Source: Clostridia bacterium (GTDB taxonomy: Bacteria > Bacillota > Clostridia > Christensenellales > UBA1242). From it: DNA of 64,000 bases. The position numbers and the translations under genes were made by a program. The notes below the pieces were generated by a model. That model was given only the letters and a program-made list of their open reading frames with translations, ran no database searches and was not told the DNA's origin. This document shows positions 35,313 through 43,419 of the stretch, one piece after another. The stretch lies in the NCBI GenBank assembly GCA_045639255.1, contig JAZUCT010000011.1, positions 14,357 to 78,356 on the forward strand, written 5' to 3'. Numbering within the stretch: the first letter of the stretch is position 1; each line of letters opens with the position of its first letter.

Positions 35313-38189
35313 TTAAAGTTCAATTTCTGCATCGGTAAGTTTAACAAGCACATGTTGTTTATCAAGGCTGTCACCGGTGTAGCCACATTTATCAACATCA
35401 TATTCGCCATAGTCAATGGATTTATATATTTTTGATGAAGCGTGGTTTGCCCTTATAATATCATATAAATCATTCCTATCCATTCCCACAGTTAAAATTT
35501 CAAGTGGTTTTGAATTTTCTTTGTTATATTGCTTAAAAAATGCCCTTGCACCAAACAAAAGTTTTTCATAAATTTGTTGTTTGTTTTCGTTTTGATTAAA
35601 AGCAACTTGAACGGTGTTGAACACGCCATAGCCTTGTTTTCTGTTAACATAAAGGGTGGCTTTTGCAACAATTTTGCCTTCGCCATCACGCACAACCAAA
35701 TTTTGAACATCTGGGTGAATTATGCTTGCATTCATAATGCCATATCCTGCACCTTCAAGGTGTGCACAGCAATTGCAAAGTTTGCCAAGCACCAAATTAA
35801 GCGGGTCGGCCTTGTTAAGCCATTCGAAAGAAAATTCGTTGTTTGCAATGTTTGTTAAGTTCTGCAAAGTTTTAACGCTTAAATCTTGGCATTGTTTAAT
35901 TTTTGCATCTAAAACACTAAGTTTATCCAAACAATCTTTTTCGCTAAGGCTTGTTGAAAGAATGTTTTCGCCAGCAATTTCGCTTTGCTTTTTAAGTTTA
36001 TAATGCATTCTTAATTTTCTTAATTGCTCTTTGTTACCCGATTCAATGGCATCAAAAATTTCTTTCTTCTTTTCTGCGCTTATGTTTTCTTTCAGTTCAT
36101 AACCCAAACGATTTGCATTAATTTCCCTTGCAAAATCAAAGGCTTGTTGGGCAAAACTGCCTTGATAATATTTTTTAACAATTTTTGCAATATGTGTGTT
36201 GTGTTCAGTTATTCCATCTATTTTAAGAAAAATGTTATAAAAACTTTCAACGGTTGGTTTAAGTTGTTCTTGCGAACCACGATTTCTGGTGTTTGCCAAT
36301 TGCACTTCTTCAAAGCAGTTATAACTTTCAGCAATGAACGAATCGAATTCTTTTGAAACTTGCATCATTTCATCAAAAGTTAAAGTGTGCCTATCTTTTC
36401 GGCTTAAAAGAAAATCTGTGAATTCTTGTTTAAAACCTTCAATTCGCATATCATAAAACTTATAAACAAGTTTTTTGGTTGTAAGTTTTCCGCTTAAAAT
36501 TAAGTTTGAAAAAAATTCACTTACTTTTTGGCCATAATCAACTTCGCCATGCGGGGTTTCAACAATTTTTTCCATTCCGCCAAGGTTAAAAAATATTTTA
36601 AACAAAATTTCTTTTTCAAAGTTTGAAAGAAATTCAATTCCAATATCCTTTTTTCTAAGCGTTGAAACAAAAGTGTTAAACCATTTAAGCGAAAGTTCGT
36701 TTGCAACATCAACAATGTTTTTGTTTTGCCAATTACTTACAACTTTATAAACATCAATATTAAGAAACTCGGCATTTTTTATTAATAATTTAACGCTTGG
36801 TAAATCGCGTTTATCAATCAAATCGGTTAAAACTGTTGAAAACTTAAAAACATCTTCTGCATAAAATTTTTTTGCAACTGTTAGTATTTTGTTAAGTTCA
36901 TCTTCACTTATTTTTTCAAAGTTTTGCCTGAAAGTTTTGTTATTCCAGTTTTCAATAACCGAAACTGCAACACCTGAATTTATGCCAAGTTTAACCCAAT
37001 CGTTGCCCATTGGTTCTGATGAAGTAAAGAACTTGCCATTCACTTTGCACAAATAAGTTAAAAGCGCACCTTGGCTTATGTTATTGTTGTTTAAGTTGTT
37101 AATGTTGCGTGGAATTTCAAAACATTTAAGTTTTGAACAACCAGCAATTGCATCTTTTTTAATAATTAAATTTTGTGGTTTAAAATTTTCAAACTGTTCA
37201 AGTTCACAGCAGTTTTTAAAGCAATCGGCTTCAAACAACATTATATGTGCATCTTCAAATGTAACTTTTTTAAGATTGGTGCAATTTTCAAACAATCCCC
37301 TTGAAATTGTGGTTAATTTTTCTGGAATATAAATTTGTTTTAAATTTTCACAATCGGCAAAACATCTTTCACGAATATATATTGATGAATATGCACTTTT
37401 GTTGTTAAGATTAATGTTTTCAATAAACTTACATTTTGCAAATGCAAATTTTCCCAACACCCAAAGTTTTGTGTTTGAAAAATCAACGCTTGTAAGTTCG
37501 GTGTTATAAAAAGCATTATCTTCAATTGCGTGCAATTCTTCATAGAATTTAACTTTGCTAAGCGACATGCAATTCATAAACGCTTTTTTAGGAATAAGTT
37601 TTAATAAAGATAAATCTATTTCTTTTAATTCAAAACAATTTTCAAAACAAGCATCTTCAATGTTAATAACATTTTCAAAATTTTTAACTTCTTCAAGGCT
37701 TACACAATTTTTAAAGGCTTCGTTTTTAATAAAAATAACATTTGTGAAAATTTCAGTGTTTTCTTGTTGTTTTGGAAACTCAACTTTTTTTAACTTTAAA
37801 CAATTTTTAAATGCAAAATCACCAACCGATTTAACAGAATTTGGCAAAGTTATTTCTTTAAGCCCACTTCCGTTAAAGCAATTAACACCAATTTCTGCAA
37901 TTGTGTTGGGCAATTCAACCTTTCTAAGTTGCGAACAACCCATGAACAAACTTTCTGGCAACTTAACAAGTTTTCTGTTAATTTTAACAAAGTTAACATT
38001 GCTTTGGGCAAATGCATAGTTAAAAACATTAACCATTGCAGGCACTTCAATATCAAACGATTTAAGGCATTTTTTAAATGCATATTCGCCAATTGCCAAA
38101 ACATTTTCCCAGAATCTATCTGGGTTTTTGTTAAGCAATTCTAAATCGGCATCTTTAACTTCTGTTAAAATGTGATTTATTATTTTCAT
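35313..38189 (-). CDS. Large BspA-type LRR protein with the same conserved C-terminal region, paralog 2
   Basis: 958 aa, collinear with 30464..33403 from the N-terminus (VKDADLELLNKNPDRFW) to the C-terminus (FEWLNKADPLNLVLGKLCNCCAHLEGAGYGIMNASIIHP). Confidence 0.65.
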   Translation of the reverse strand: MKIINHILTEVKDADLELLNKNPDRFWENVLAIGEYAFKKCLKSFDIEVPAMVNVFNYAFAQSNVNFVKINRKLVKLPESLFMGCSQLRKVELPNTIAEIGVNCFNGSGLKEITLPNSVKSVGDFAFKNCLKLKKVEFPKQQENTEIFTNVIFIKNEAFKNCVSLEEVKNFENVINIEDACFENCFELKEIDLSLLKLIPKKAFMNCMSLSKVKFYEELHAIEDNAFYNTELTSVDFSNTKLWVLGKFAFAKCKFIENINLNNKSAYSSIYIRERCFADCENLKQIYIPEKLTTISRGLFENCTNLKKVTFEDAHIMLFEADCFKNCCELEQFENFKPQNLIIKKDAIAGCSKLKCFEIPRNINNLNNNNISQGALLTYLCKVNGKFFTSSEPMGNDWVKLGINSGVAVSVIENWNNKTFRQNFEKISEDELNKILTVAKKFYAEDVFKFSTVLTDLIDKRDLPSVKLLIKNAEFLNIDVYKVVSNWQNKNIVDVANELSLKWFNTFVSTLRKKDIGIEFLSNFEKEILFKIFFNLGGMEKIVETPHGEVDYGQKVSEFFSNLILSGKLTTKKLVYKFYDMRIEGFKQEFTDFLLSRKDRHTLTFDEMMQVSKEFDSFIAESYNCFEEVQLANTRNRGSQEQLKPTVESFYNIFLKIDGITEHNTHIAKIVKKYYQGSFAQQAFDFAREINANRLGYELKENISAEKKKEIFDAIESGNKEQLRKLRMHYKLKKQSEIAGENILSTSLSEKDCLDKLSVLDAKIKQCQDLSVKTLQNLTNIANNEFSFEWLNKADPLNLVLGKLCNCCAHLEGAGYGIMNASIIHPDVQNLVVRDGEGKIVAKATLYVNRKQGYGVFNTVQVAFNQNENKQQIYEKLLFGARAFFKQYNKENSKPLEILTVGMDRNDLYDIIRANHASSKIYKSIDYGEYDVDKCGYTGDSLDKQHVLVKLTDAEIEL

Positions 38190-38274
38190 TGTGTATCTCC
38201 ATTTTTATTATAAATAATAACCCCCTGAAAGTCAATATCCAATTTTTTAACAACGCTTATTTTAAAAATATAAT

Positions 38275-38303
38275 TTGACTTAATTATTTAATGTTGATAT
38301 AAT
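38275..38303 (+). promoter_or_regulatory. Strong sigma-A promoter upstream of metG
   Basis: TTGACT (38275-38280), 17-nt spacer ending in TGa, TATAAT (38298-38303). Confidence 0.7.
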
Positions 38304-38384
38304 TTAAGCATGAAAACAAATTTTCAAGTGCAACAACAACTTTAAAAAGCATAGCGCCCCTATGCATTTTTGTGATAAAAAATG

Positions 38385-38431
38385 TGTTGCCAATCAAATA
38401 AATTTTAAGGCAACAAGCAGTTGCCTTTTTT
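38385..38431 (+). promoter_or_regulatory. Candidate attenuator in the metG leader (mutually exclusive hairpins)
   Basis: GGCAACA (38409-38415) can pair with the upstream TGTTGCC (38385-38391). Alternatively AAGGCAAC (38407-38414) pairs with the downstream GTTGCCTT (38420-38427), which is followed by a T-run. The SD GGAG is at 38436. Confidence 0.4.
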
Positions 38432-38446
38432 AATTGGAGAATTTTT

Positions 38447-40450
38447 ATGGAACTTGATGAAAGATTAAAACGCATGATGGAAAACCGCCCTAAGTTTAAA
38501 CCCCGTGCAATAATAACTGGCGGAATGCCTTATGGAAACAAAGAACTTCACTTTGGGCACATTGGTGGAATGTTTGTTTTTGCCGATGTGTATGCAAGAT
38601 TTTTGCGTGATAGAATTGGCAAAGAAAATGTTATTTTTGTTTCGGGCACCGATTGTTACGGAAGCCCTGCAATGGAAGGCCACAGAAAACTTGTTGAAGC
38701 AGGTAAGTTTTGTGGAAGCATTGCAGACTATGTTAAATCTAACCACCTAAAACAAGTTGAAACCTTTAAGGATTATGAAATTTCGCTTAACTTTTTTGGT
38801 GCAAGTGGGTTTGGTGAAGCAAAAGAAATTCACGCACAAATGGGAAAAGATATTTTTTCGGCACTATATAAAGCAGGTGCAATTAAAAAACTTGAAACTT
38901 TGCAGTTCTTCGATGAACAAGCAAAAACCTTTCTTAACGGCAGGCAGGTTGTTGGAAAATGCCCAGTTGAAGGTTGCCAAAGCGAAAAAGCATATGCTGA
39001 TGAATGCGATTTAGGGCATCAGTTTATGCCAAAAGAACTTATTAACCCAGTAAGCACCCTATCTGGTTCAACACCAGTGCTTAAAGCAATTGCAAATTGG
39101 TATTTCAGCCTTGAAAACTTTATTCCACAATTAAAGGAATGGAATGATTTAAACACAAAACTTCCATTTGCACGCAGTTATGCGCATAAGGAAATGAACG
39201 AGTTTTTGAAGAAACCTGAAATTTATATTAAAAAGGAAAGTTTGGAAACTTTTAAACAACTTATGCCACAACTTGCACCTTGCGAAATAACCGATTTAAA
39301 CAAACCAAGTTTCACAGTTATTTTTGATAGGTTGGAAGATAGGGAACAGGCTTGTGAAGTTTTAACCACCAAAGGTGTTCGATATAGAACTGGCAAAACA
39401 TTAACACCGTTCCGCCTTTCTGGCAACATTGAATGGGGTGCGCCTATTCCTGAAATTGAAAATCACCCAGAAATGAATGGTTTAACATTTTATGTTTGGC
39501 CAGAAAGTTTGTGGGCACCAATAAGTTTCACAAAAACATATTTAACCAAACTTGGCAAACCTGAAAACGAATGGAAAAATTGGTGGTGCAGTGAAGATTG
39601 TGAAATACATCAGTTCATTGGCGAAGATAACCTTTATTTCTATGGCCCAGCGCAACACGCAATGTGGTTTGCAATGAAAAACGATGATGTTATGGGCGGG
39701 CTTAACAGTTCAAGAATTATTTCAAACAAGCATATATTATTCTTAAACACAAAAGCAAGTTCCAGCGGTGCGGTTAAACCACCAATGGCACACGAACTTT
39801 TAAATTTCTACACCGCAGAACAACTTAGGGCACATTTCTTGGGTTTGGCACTTGGAAACAACAATGTTTCATTCATGCCAAAACCATATAACCCAAATGC
39901 AACCGCAGAAGAAGTGGACCCAGTTTTAAAAGATGGCAATTTGTTCACCAATGCCTTTAACCGTGCAGTAAGAACTTTATTCTATACAGTTCAAAAAGAG
40001 TTTAACGGGGTTCTTCCAACCGGCGAAGTGGATAACGAAGTTTATTCAACCTGCATTAATGCAATTTTGAATTATGAACGATTTATGTATCAAAACAAAT
40101 TCCACCAAGTAAGTTATGTTTTAGATGAATTTATAAGGGGAATAAATAAATACTATACAAAAGCACAAAAGGTTTATGAAGAAACACAAAACATTGCCGA
40201 CCTTAAAACTGCAATTGTAAATTTGGCAGAACTTGTTAAAGTTGCAACCATTCTTTGCCACCCAGTTGTGCCAAGCGGAAGTGAAAAAATTTGCGAATAT
40301 TTAAATGTTAACAAAGAAAAATTTTATAACTGGAATTTCATTTTTGAACCACTTTCATTCTTCTGTGAAAACAATCATAAGTTAAAAGAAATTCCTCCAC
40401 GCTTCGATTTCTTCAAAAAACATGAAAGTCAATTTGAAAACAAGGAATAA
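38447..40450 (+). CDS. metG: Methionine--tRNA ligase-like class I aaRS (divergent KMSKS)
   Basis: 667 aa. PYGNKELHFGHIGG (HIGH region), a knuckle GKCPVEGCQSEKAYADECDLGH, and WPESLWAP. The KMSKS position reads KASSS (39752-39766). Confidence 0.75.
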   Translation: MELDERLKRMMENRPKFKPRAIITGGMPYGNKELHFGHIGGMFVFADVYARFLRDRIGKENVIFVSGTDCYGSPAMEGHRKLVEAGKFCGSIADYVKSNHLKQVETFKDYEISLNFFGASGFGEAKEIHAQMGKDIFSALYKAGAIKKLETLQFFDEQAKTFLNGRQVVGKCPVEGCQSEKAYADECDLGHQFMPKELINPVSTLSGSTPVLKAIANWYFSLENFIPQLKEWNDLNTKLPFARSYAHKEMNEFLKKPEIYIKKESLETFKQLMPQLAPCEITDLNKPSFTVIFDRLEDREQACEVLTTKGVRYRTGKTLTPFRLSGNIEWGAPIPEIENHPEMNGLTFYVWPESLWAPISFTKTYLTKLGKPENEWKNWWCSEDCEIHQFIGEDNLYFYGPAQHAMWFAMKNDDVMGGLNSSRIISNKHILFLNTKASSSGAVKPPMAHELLNFYTAEQLRAHFLGLALGNNNVSFMPKPYNPNATAEEVDPVLKDGNLFTNAFNRAVRTLFYTVQKEFNGVLPTGEVDNEVYSTCINAILNYERFMYQNKFHQVSYVLDEFIRGINKYYTKAQKVYEETQNIADLKTAIVNLAELVKVATILCHPVVPSGSEKICEYLNVNKEKFYNWNFIFEPLSFFCENNHKLKEIPPRFDFFKKHESQFENKE

Positions 40451-40455
40451 TAATT

Positions 40456-40959
40456 ATGGAAAATAACATTAATAATCAAAACCAGAACGAAAATGAAAAT
40501 GAAAACGAAAACAAAGATTTTGATTTTAAATCACTTTCAAAACCACAAAAAACAGGCATAATTGTTATAATTGTTGCAATTGCAATTGTTGCAATAATTC
40601 ACGAATTTTGTGTTACATTTTTAACAAAAACCACATTCAGCATTGCAACTGCACTTGAACCTGTTTTGTTTGGTTTAATTGGGCTTTTGGTGCTTTATTC
40701 AATTGTTGTTGGTGCAAAACAATCCAAAAAACAAAAAGAAGATATAAAACATTCAGCCGATATTTTTGAAAACAGCATTAACCATGATATTTTTAAAACA
40801 AGCGAAAATCTTAAAGAAACTTCACACAAAGCCGAACATGTTATTAACAACGAAAAATGCGAAGTTATAATTGAAAAACCCACAAAAAAATGTTCGTTTT
40901 GTGGTGCAAGCAATCCAACATCTGCAAAACATTGTGATTGCTGTGGAAAAAGGCTTTAA
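40456..40959 (+). CDS. Membrane protein with an Asn/Glu-rich N-terminus and a C-terminal zinc ribbon
   Basis: 167 aa with two TM helices and a C-terminal CSFCG...CDCCG. The N-terminal NQNQNENENENEN is encoded by a hexanucleotide repeat. Confidence 0.5.
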   Translation: MENNINNQNQNENENENENKDFDFKSLSKPQKTGIIVIIVAIAIVAIIHEFCVTFLTKTTFSIATALEPVLFGLIGLLVLYSIVVGAKQSKKQKEDIKHSADIFENSINHDIFKTSENLKETSHKAEHVINNEKCEVIIEKPTKKCSFCGASNPTSAKHCDCCGKRL

Positions 40960-40963
40960 TAAA

Positions 40964-40996
40964 TAAAAAAAAGAACCGCATTGGTTCTTTTTTTGT
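40964..40996. terminator. Bidirectional terminator
   Basis: AAGAACC-GCATT-GGTTCTT hairpin (40971-40989) between an A-run and a T-run, between convergent genes. Confidence 0.65.
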
Positions 40997-40999
40997 TTT

Positions 41000-42097
41000 T
41001 TAAACATTAAATCTGAAAAGCATAACATCGCCATCTTGAACAACATATTCTTTGCCTTCAATTCGAACTTTGCCAAGTTCTTTTGCTTTAACATAACTGC
41101 CCGCATTTAAAAGGTCAACATAATTAACAACTTCGGCTTTAATAAAGCCCCTTTCAAAATCGGTGTGAATAACACCTGCGGCTTGTGGTGCTTTTGCACC
41201 TTTAACAATTGTCCAAGCCCTAACTTCTTTTTCGCCAGCAGTTAAAAAACTCATAAGCCCCAACAAACTGTAACTTGCTTTAATAAGTTTTTCCAAACCA
41301 CTTTCTTCAATGCCAAGGTCTGCCATGAACATTTGTTTTTCTTCAAGTTCAAGGTTTGAAAGTTCTTCTTCAATTTTGCAACTTATGGCAATGCATTGGG
41401 CATTTTCACTTTCAGCAAATTGTTTAACTTTGTTTGCAAGTGGCAATTGTTCAAAACTTTTGCCTGCATCATCATCGCTTATGTTTGCAACATAAATAAC
41501 TGGTTTTGAAGTTATTAAGAAAAACCCTTTAACAATTTTTTGTTCTTCTTCACTGAAAGCAATGCTTCTTGCTGGTTTTTCGTTTTTAAGTGCTTCAAGA
41601 ATTTTTTCAAGCAGTTCACATTCTTTAACTGCATTCTTATCGTTGCCCCTTGCAAGTTTAATTGCTTTATCATATCTCTTTTGTGCACTTTCAAGGTCGG
41701 CAAGAATAAGTTCCAAATTTATAACTTCAATATCTCGAACAGGGTTAACGGTTTCTGCCACATGAATAATGTTTGAATTTTCAAAACACCTTACAACATG
41801 CACAATTGCATCAACTTCCCTTATATGTGCCAAAAACTTATTGCCCAAACCTTCGCCTTGCGATGCACCTTTAACAAGCCCAGCAATATCAAAAAATTCA
41901 ATGCTTGCAGGAACAATGTTTTGTGTGCTGTAAAAATCTGCCAACAATTTCAATCTGTTATCTGGCACAGCAACAACACCAACATTTGGCTCGATTGTGC
42001 AAAAAGGATAGTTTGCACTTTCTGCCCCAGCATTTGTTATTGCATTAAATAATGTGCTTTTGCCAACATTTGGCAAACCAACAACCCCAAGTTTCAT
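41000..42097 (-). CDS. ychF: Ribosome-binding ATPase YchF
   Basis: Start at ATG 42097 ([19 protein letters not shown]), preceded by AAAGGGGA. The C-terminus has the TGS-type fold ending [11 protein letters not shown]. Confidence 0.95.
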   Translation of the reverse strand: MKLGVVGLPNVGKSTLFNAITNAGAESANYPFCTIEPNVGVVAVPDNRLKLLADFYSTQNIVPASIEFFDIAGLVKGASQGEGLGNKFLAHIREVDAIVHVVRCFENSNIIHVAETVNPVRDIEVINLELILADLESAQKRYDKAIKLARGNDKNAVKECELLEKILEALKNEKPARSIAFSEEEQKIVKGFFLITSKPVIYVANISDDDAGKSFEQLPLANKVKQFAESENAQCIAISCKIEEELSNLELEEKQMFMADLGIEESGLEKLIKASYSLLGLMSFLTAGEKEVRAWTIVKGAKAPQAAGVIHTDFERGFIKAEVVNYVDLLNAGSYVKAKELGKVRIEGKEYVVQDGDVMLFRFNV

Positions 42098-42183
42098 TTT
42101 AATCCCCTTTTTTACATGAAGCATTTTAGCAAATAATAATGTTTTTTGCAACTTTTGAATAGCATAATTTGTAAATTACAGTT

Positions 42184-42313
42184 TGAGATTCTCGCTGCGG
42201 TGACAAGTCACCAATGACACGGGGAGTGGAGAATTATGTTTTATGGATTTTAACCATTTCCTTATGTCATTCTCGGAGCGGGTTTATACCCCGAACGAGA
42301 ATCTAGCGGTAGC
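42184..42313. repeat. Structured inverted-doublet repeat, copy C (left arm degraded)
   Basis: The right arm TGTCATTCTCGGAGC-GGGTttatACCC-CGAACGAGAATCTAGCGGTAGCG is the reverse complement of the copy A arm with a different inner hairpin. The left arm is GAGATTCTCG-CTGCG-GTGACaaGTCAC-C-AATGACA. Confidence 0.7.
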
Positions 42314-42375
42314 GTTATTAAAGACATCTTTTTTAAAATAAGAAAAAATTTAGTAAAAAATTTTAAAAAAGGGTA

Positions 42376-42404
42376 TTTACAAATTAAAACTTTGGTGCTA
42401 TAAT
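42376..42404 (+). promoter_or_regulatory. Sigma-A promoter with an extended -10
   Basis: TTTACA (42376-42381), 17-nt spacer ending in TGc, TATAAT (42399-42404). Confidence 0.6.
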
Positions 42405-42409
42405 AACCA

Positions 42410-42494
42410 TGCTTAATCATTTTTTCGTTTAGATAAGCACATATATTTTAATTAAAAGAACCAACTTTTTGCTTTTTGTTGGTTCTTTTTTTTG
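42410..42494 (+). ncRNA. Candidate ~85-nt small RNA or terminated leader upstream of uppP
   Basis: Bounded by the promoter above and the intrinsic terminator GAACCAAC-(12-nt loop)-GTTGGTTC (42458-42485) plus T9. An internal hairpin TGCTTA...TAAGCA is present. uppP starts 95 nt further on. Confidence 0.35.
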
Positions 42495-42589
42495 TTAAAA
42501 TTTGCAAAAAATACAAGGTTTTTATTAAATTATTTCTTAAAAACTGCTTATATGTTTTAAATTTAAGCATTAATGCATAAATTATAAAT

Positions 42590-43345
42590 ATGTTATTAAT
42601 AATTATTATTCTTGCACTTGTTCAAGGTTTTTGTGAATTTTTGCCAGTTTCATCAAGTGGGCATATTGTGTTGTTGCACAATGTTTTTAATTTGCAATGC
42701 GATATTGTTTCGCTTAACATAATTTTGCACCTTGCAACTGCTTTTTCGGTTATTGTTATATATAGAAAACAACTTTGGTGGCTTATAACTCACCCACTTT
42801 CAAAACAAACCTTAAACCTTGTGCTTGCAACAATTGTAACTGTTGTTTTTATTTTAATTTTTAAACCTTTCATAGACGATGCTTTGGGCGGAAAATTTTT
42901 GGCAGTAAGTTTTTTAATAACCGCTGGCATTTTAATTGTTGCAACAATTGTTAACAAAAAATATTTAAGTGTTTCGCCTATAACCACAAAAACAGCACTT
43001 ATTATGGGTCTGTTTCAAGGCATAGCAGTTCTTCCGGGCATTTCAAGAAGTGGCACAACTTTATGCAGTGGTTTGGTGTGTGGAAGTGAAAAAGGTGCTG
43101 TTGCAGATTTTTCGTTTTTAATGAGTTTGCCAATTATAATTTTAGGTGCTGTTTACGATTTAATTTTTGAAACAGCAAATTTCAGTGGTTTTTCATGGTG
43201 GCAATTATTAATTGGTTTTGTGGTTGCTTTTATCAGCGGAATTGTTTCAATTAAGCTTACAAAAGCCTTGGCACAAAAAACAAAACTTTGGGTTTTCAGC
43301 ATTTATTTAGTTTTTTTAAGCATTGTTTGTTTTGTTATTTTGTAA
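42590..43345 (+). CDS. uppP: Undecaprenyl-diphosphate phosphatase
   Basis: 251 aa, polytopic. EFLPVSSSGH and GISRSGTT signature motifs. Confidence 0.9.
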   Translation: MLLIIIILALVQGFCEFLPVSSSGHIVLLHNVFNLQCDIVSLNIILHLATAFSVIVIYRKQLWWLITHPLSKQTLNLVLATIVTVVFILIFKPFIDDALGGKFLAVSFLITAGILIVATIVNKKYLSVSPITTKTALIMGLFQGIAVLPGISRSGTTLCSGLVCGSEKGAVADFSFLMSLPIIILGAVYDLIFETANFSGFSWWQLLIGFVVAFISGIVSIKLTKALAQKTKLWVFSIYLVFLSIVCFVIL

Positions 43346-43419
43346 GTTTAAAAAAAGTTGAAGTTCAACTTTTTTTGTTTTTAATTTGTTATTTTGTTTA
43401 AATAATATATAATAGAAAC

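Noticed and set aside
40489-40512. Possible CRISPR or other spaced repeat array
   Set aside because: It is a contiguous in-frame hexanucleotide microsatellite inside a CDS. I noticed no spaced direct repeats of 25-40 nt anywhere in the window.
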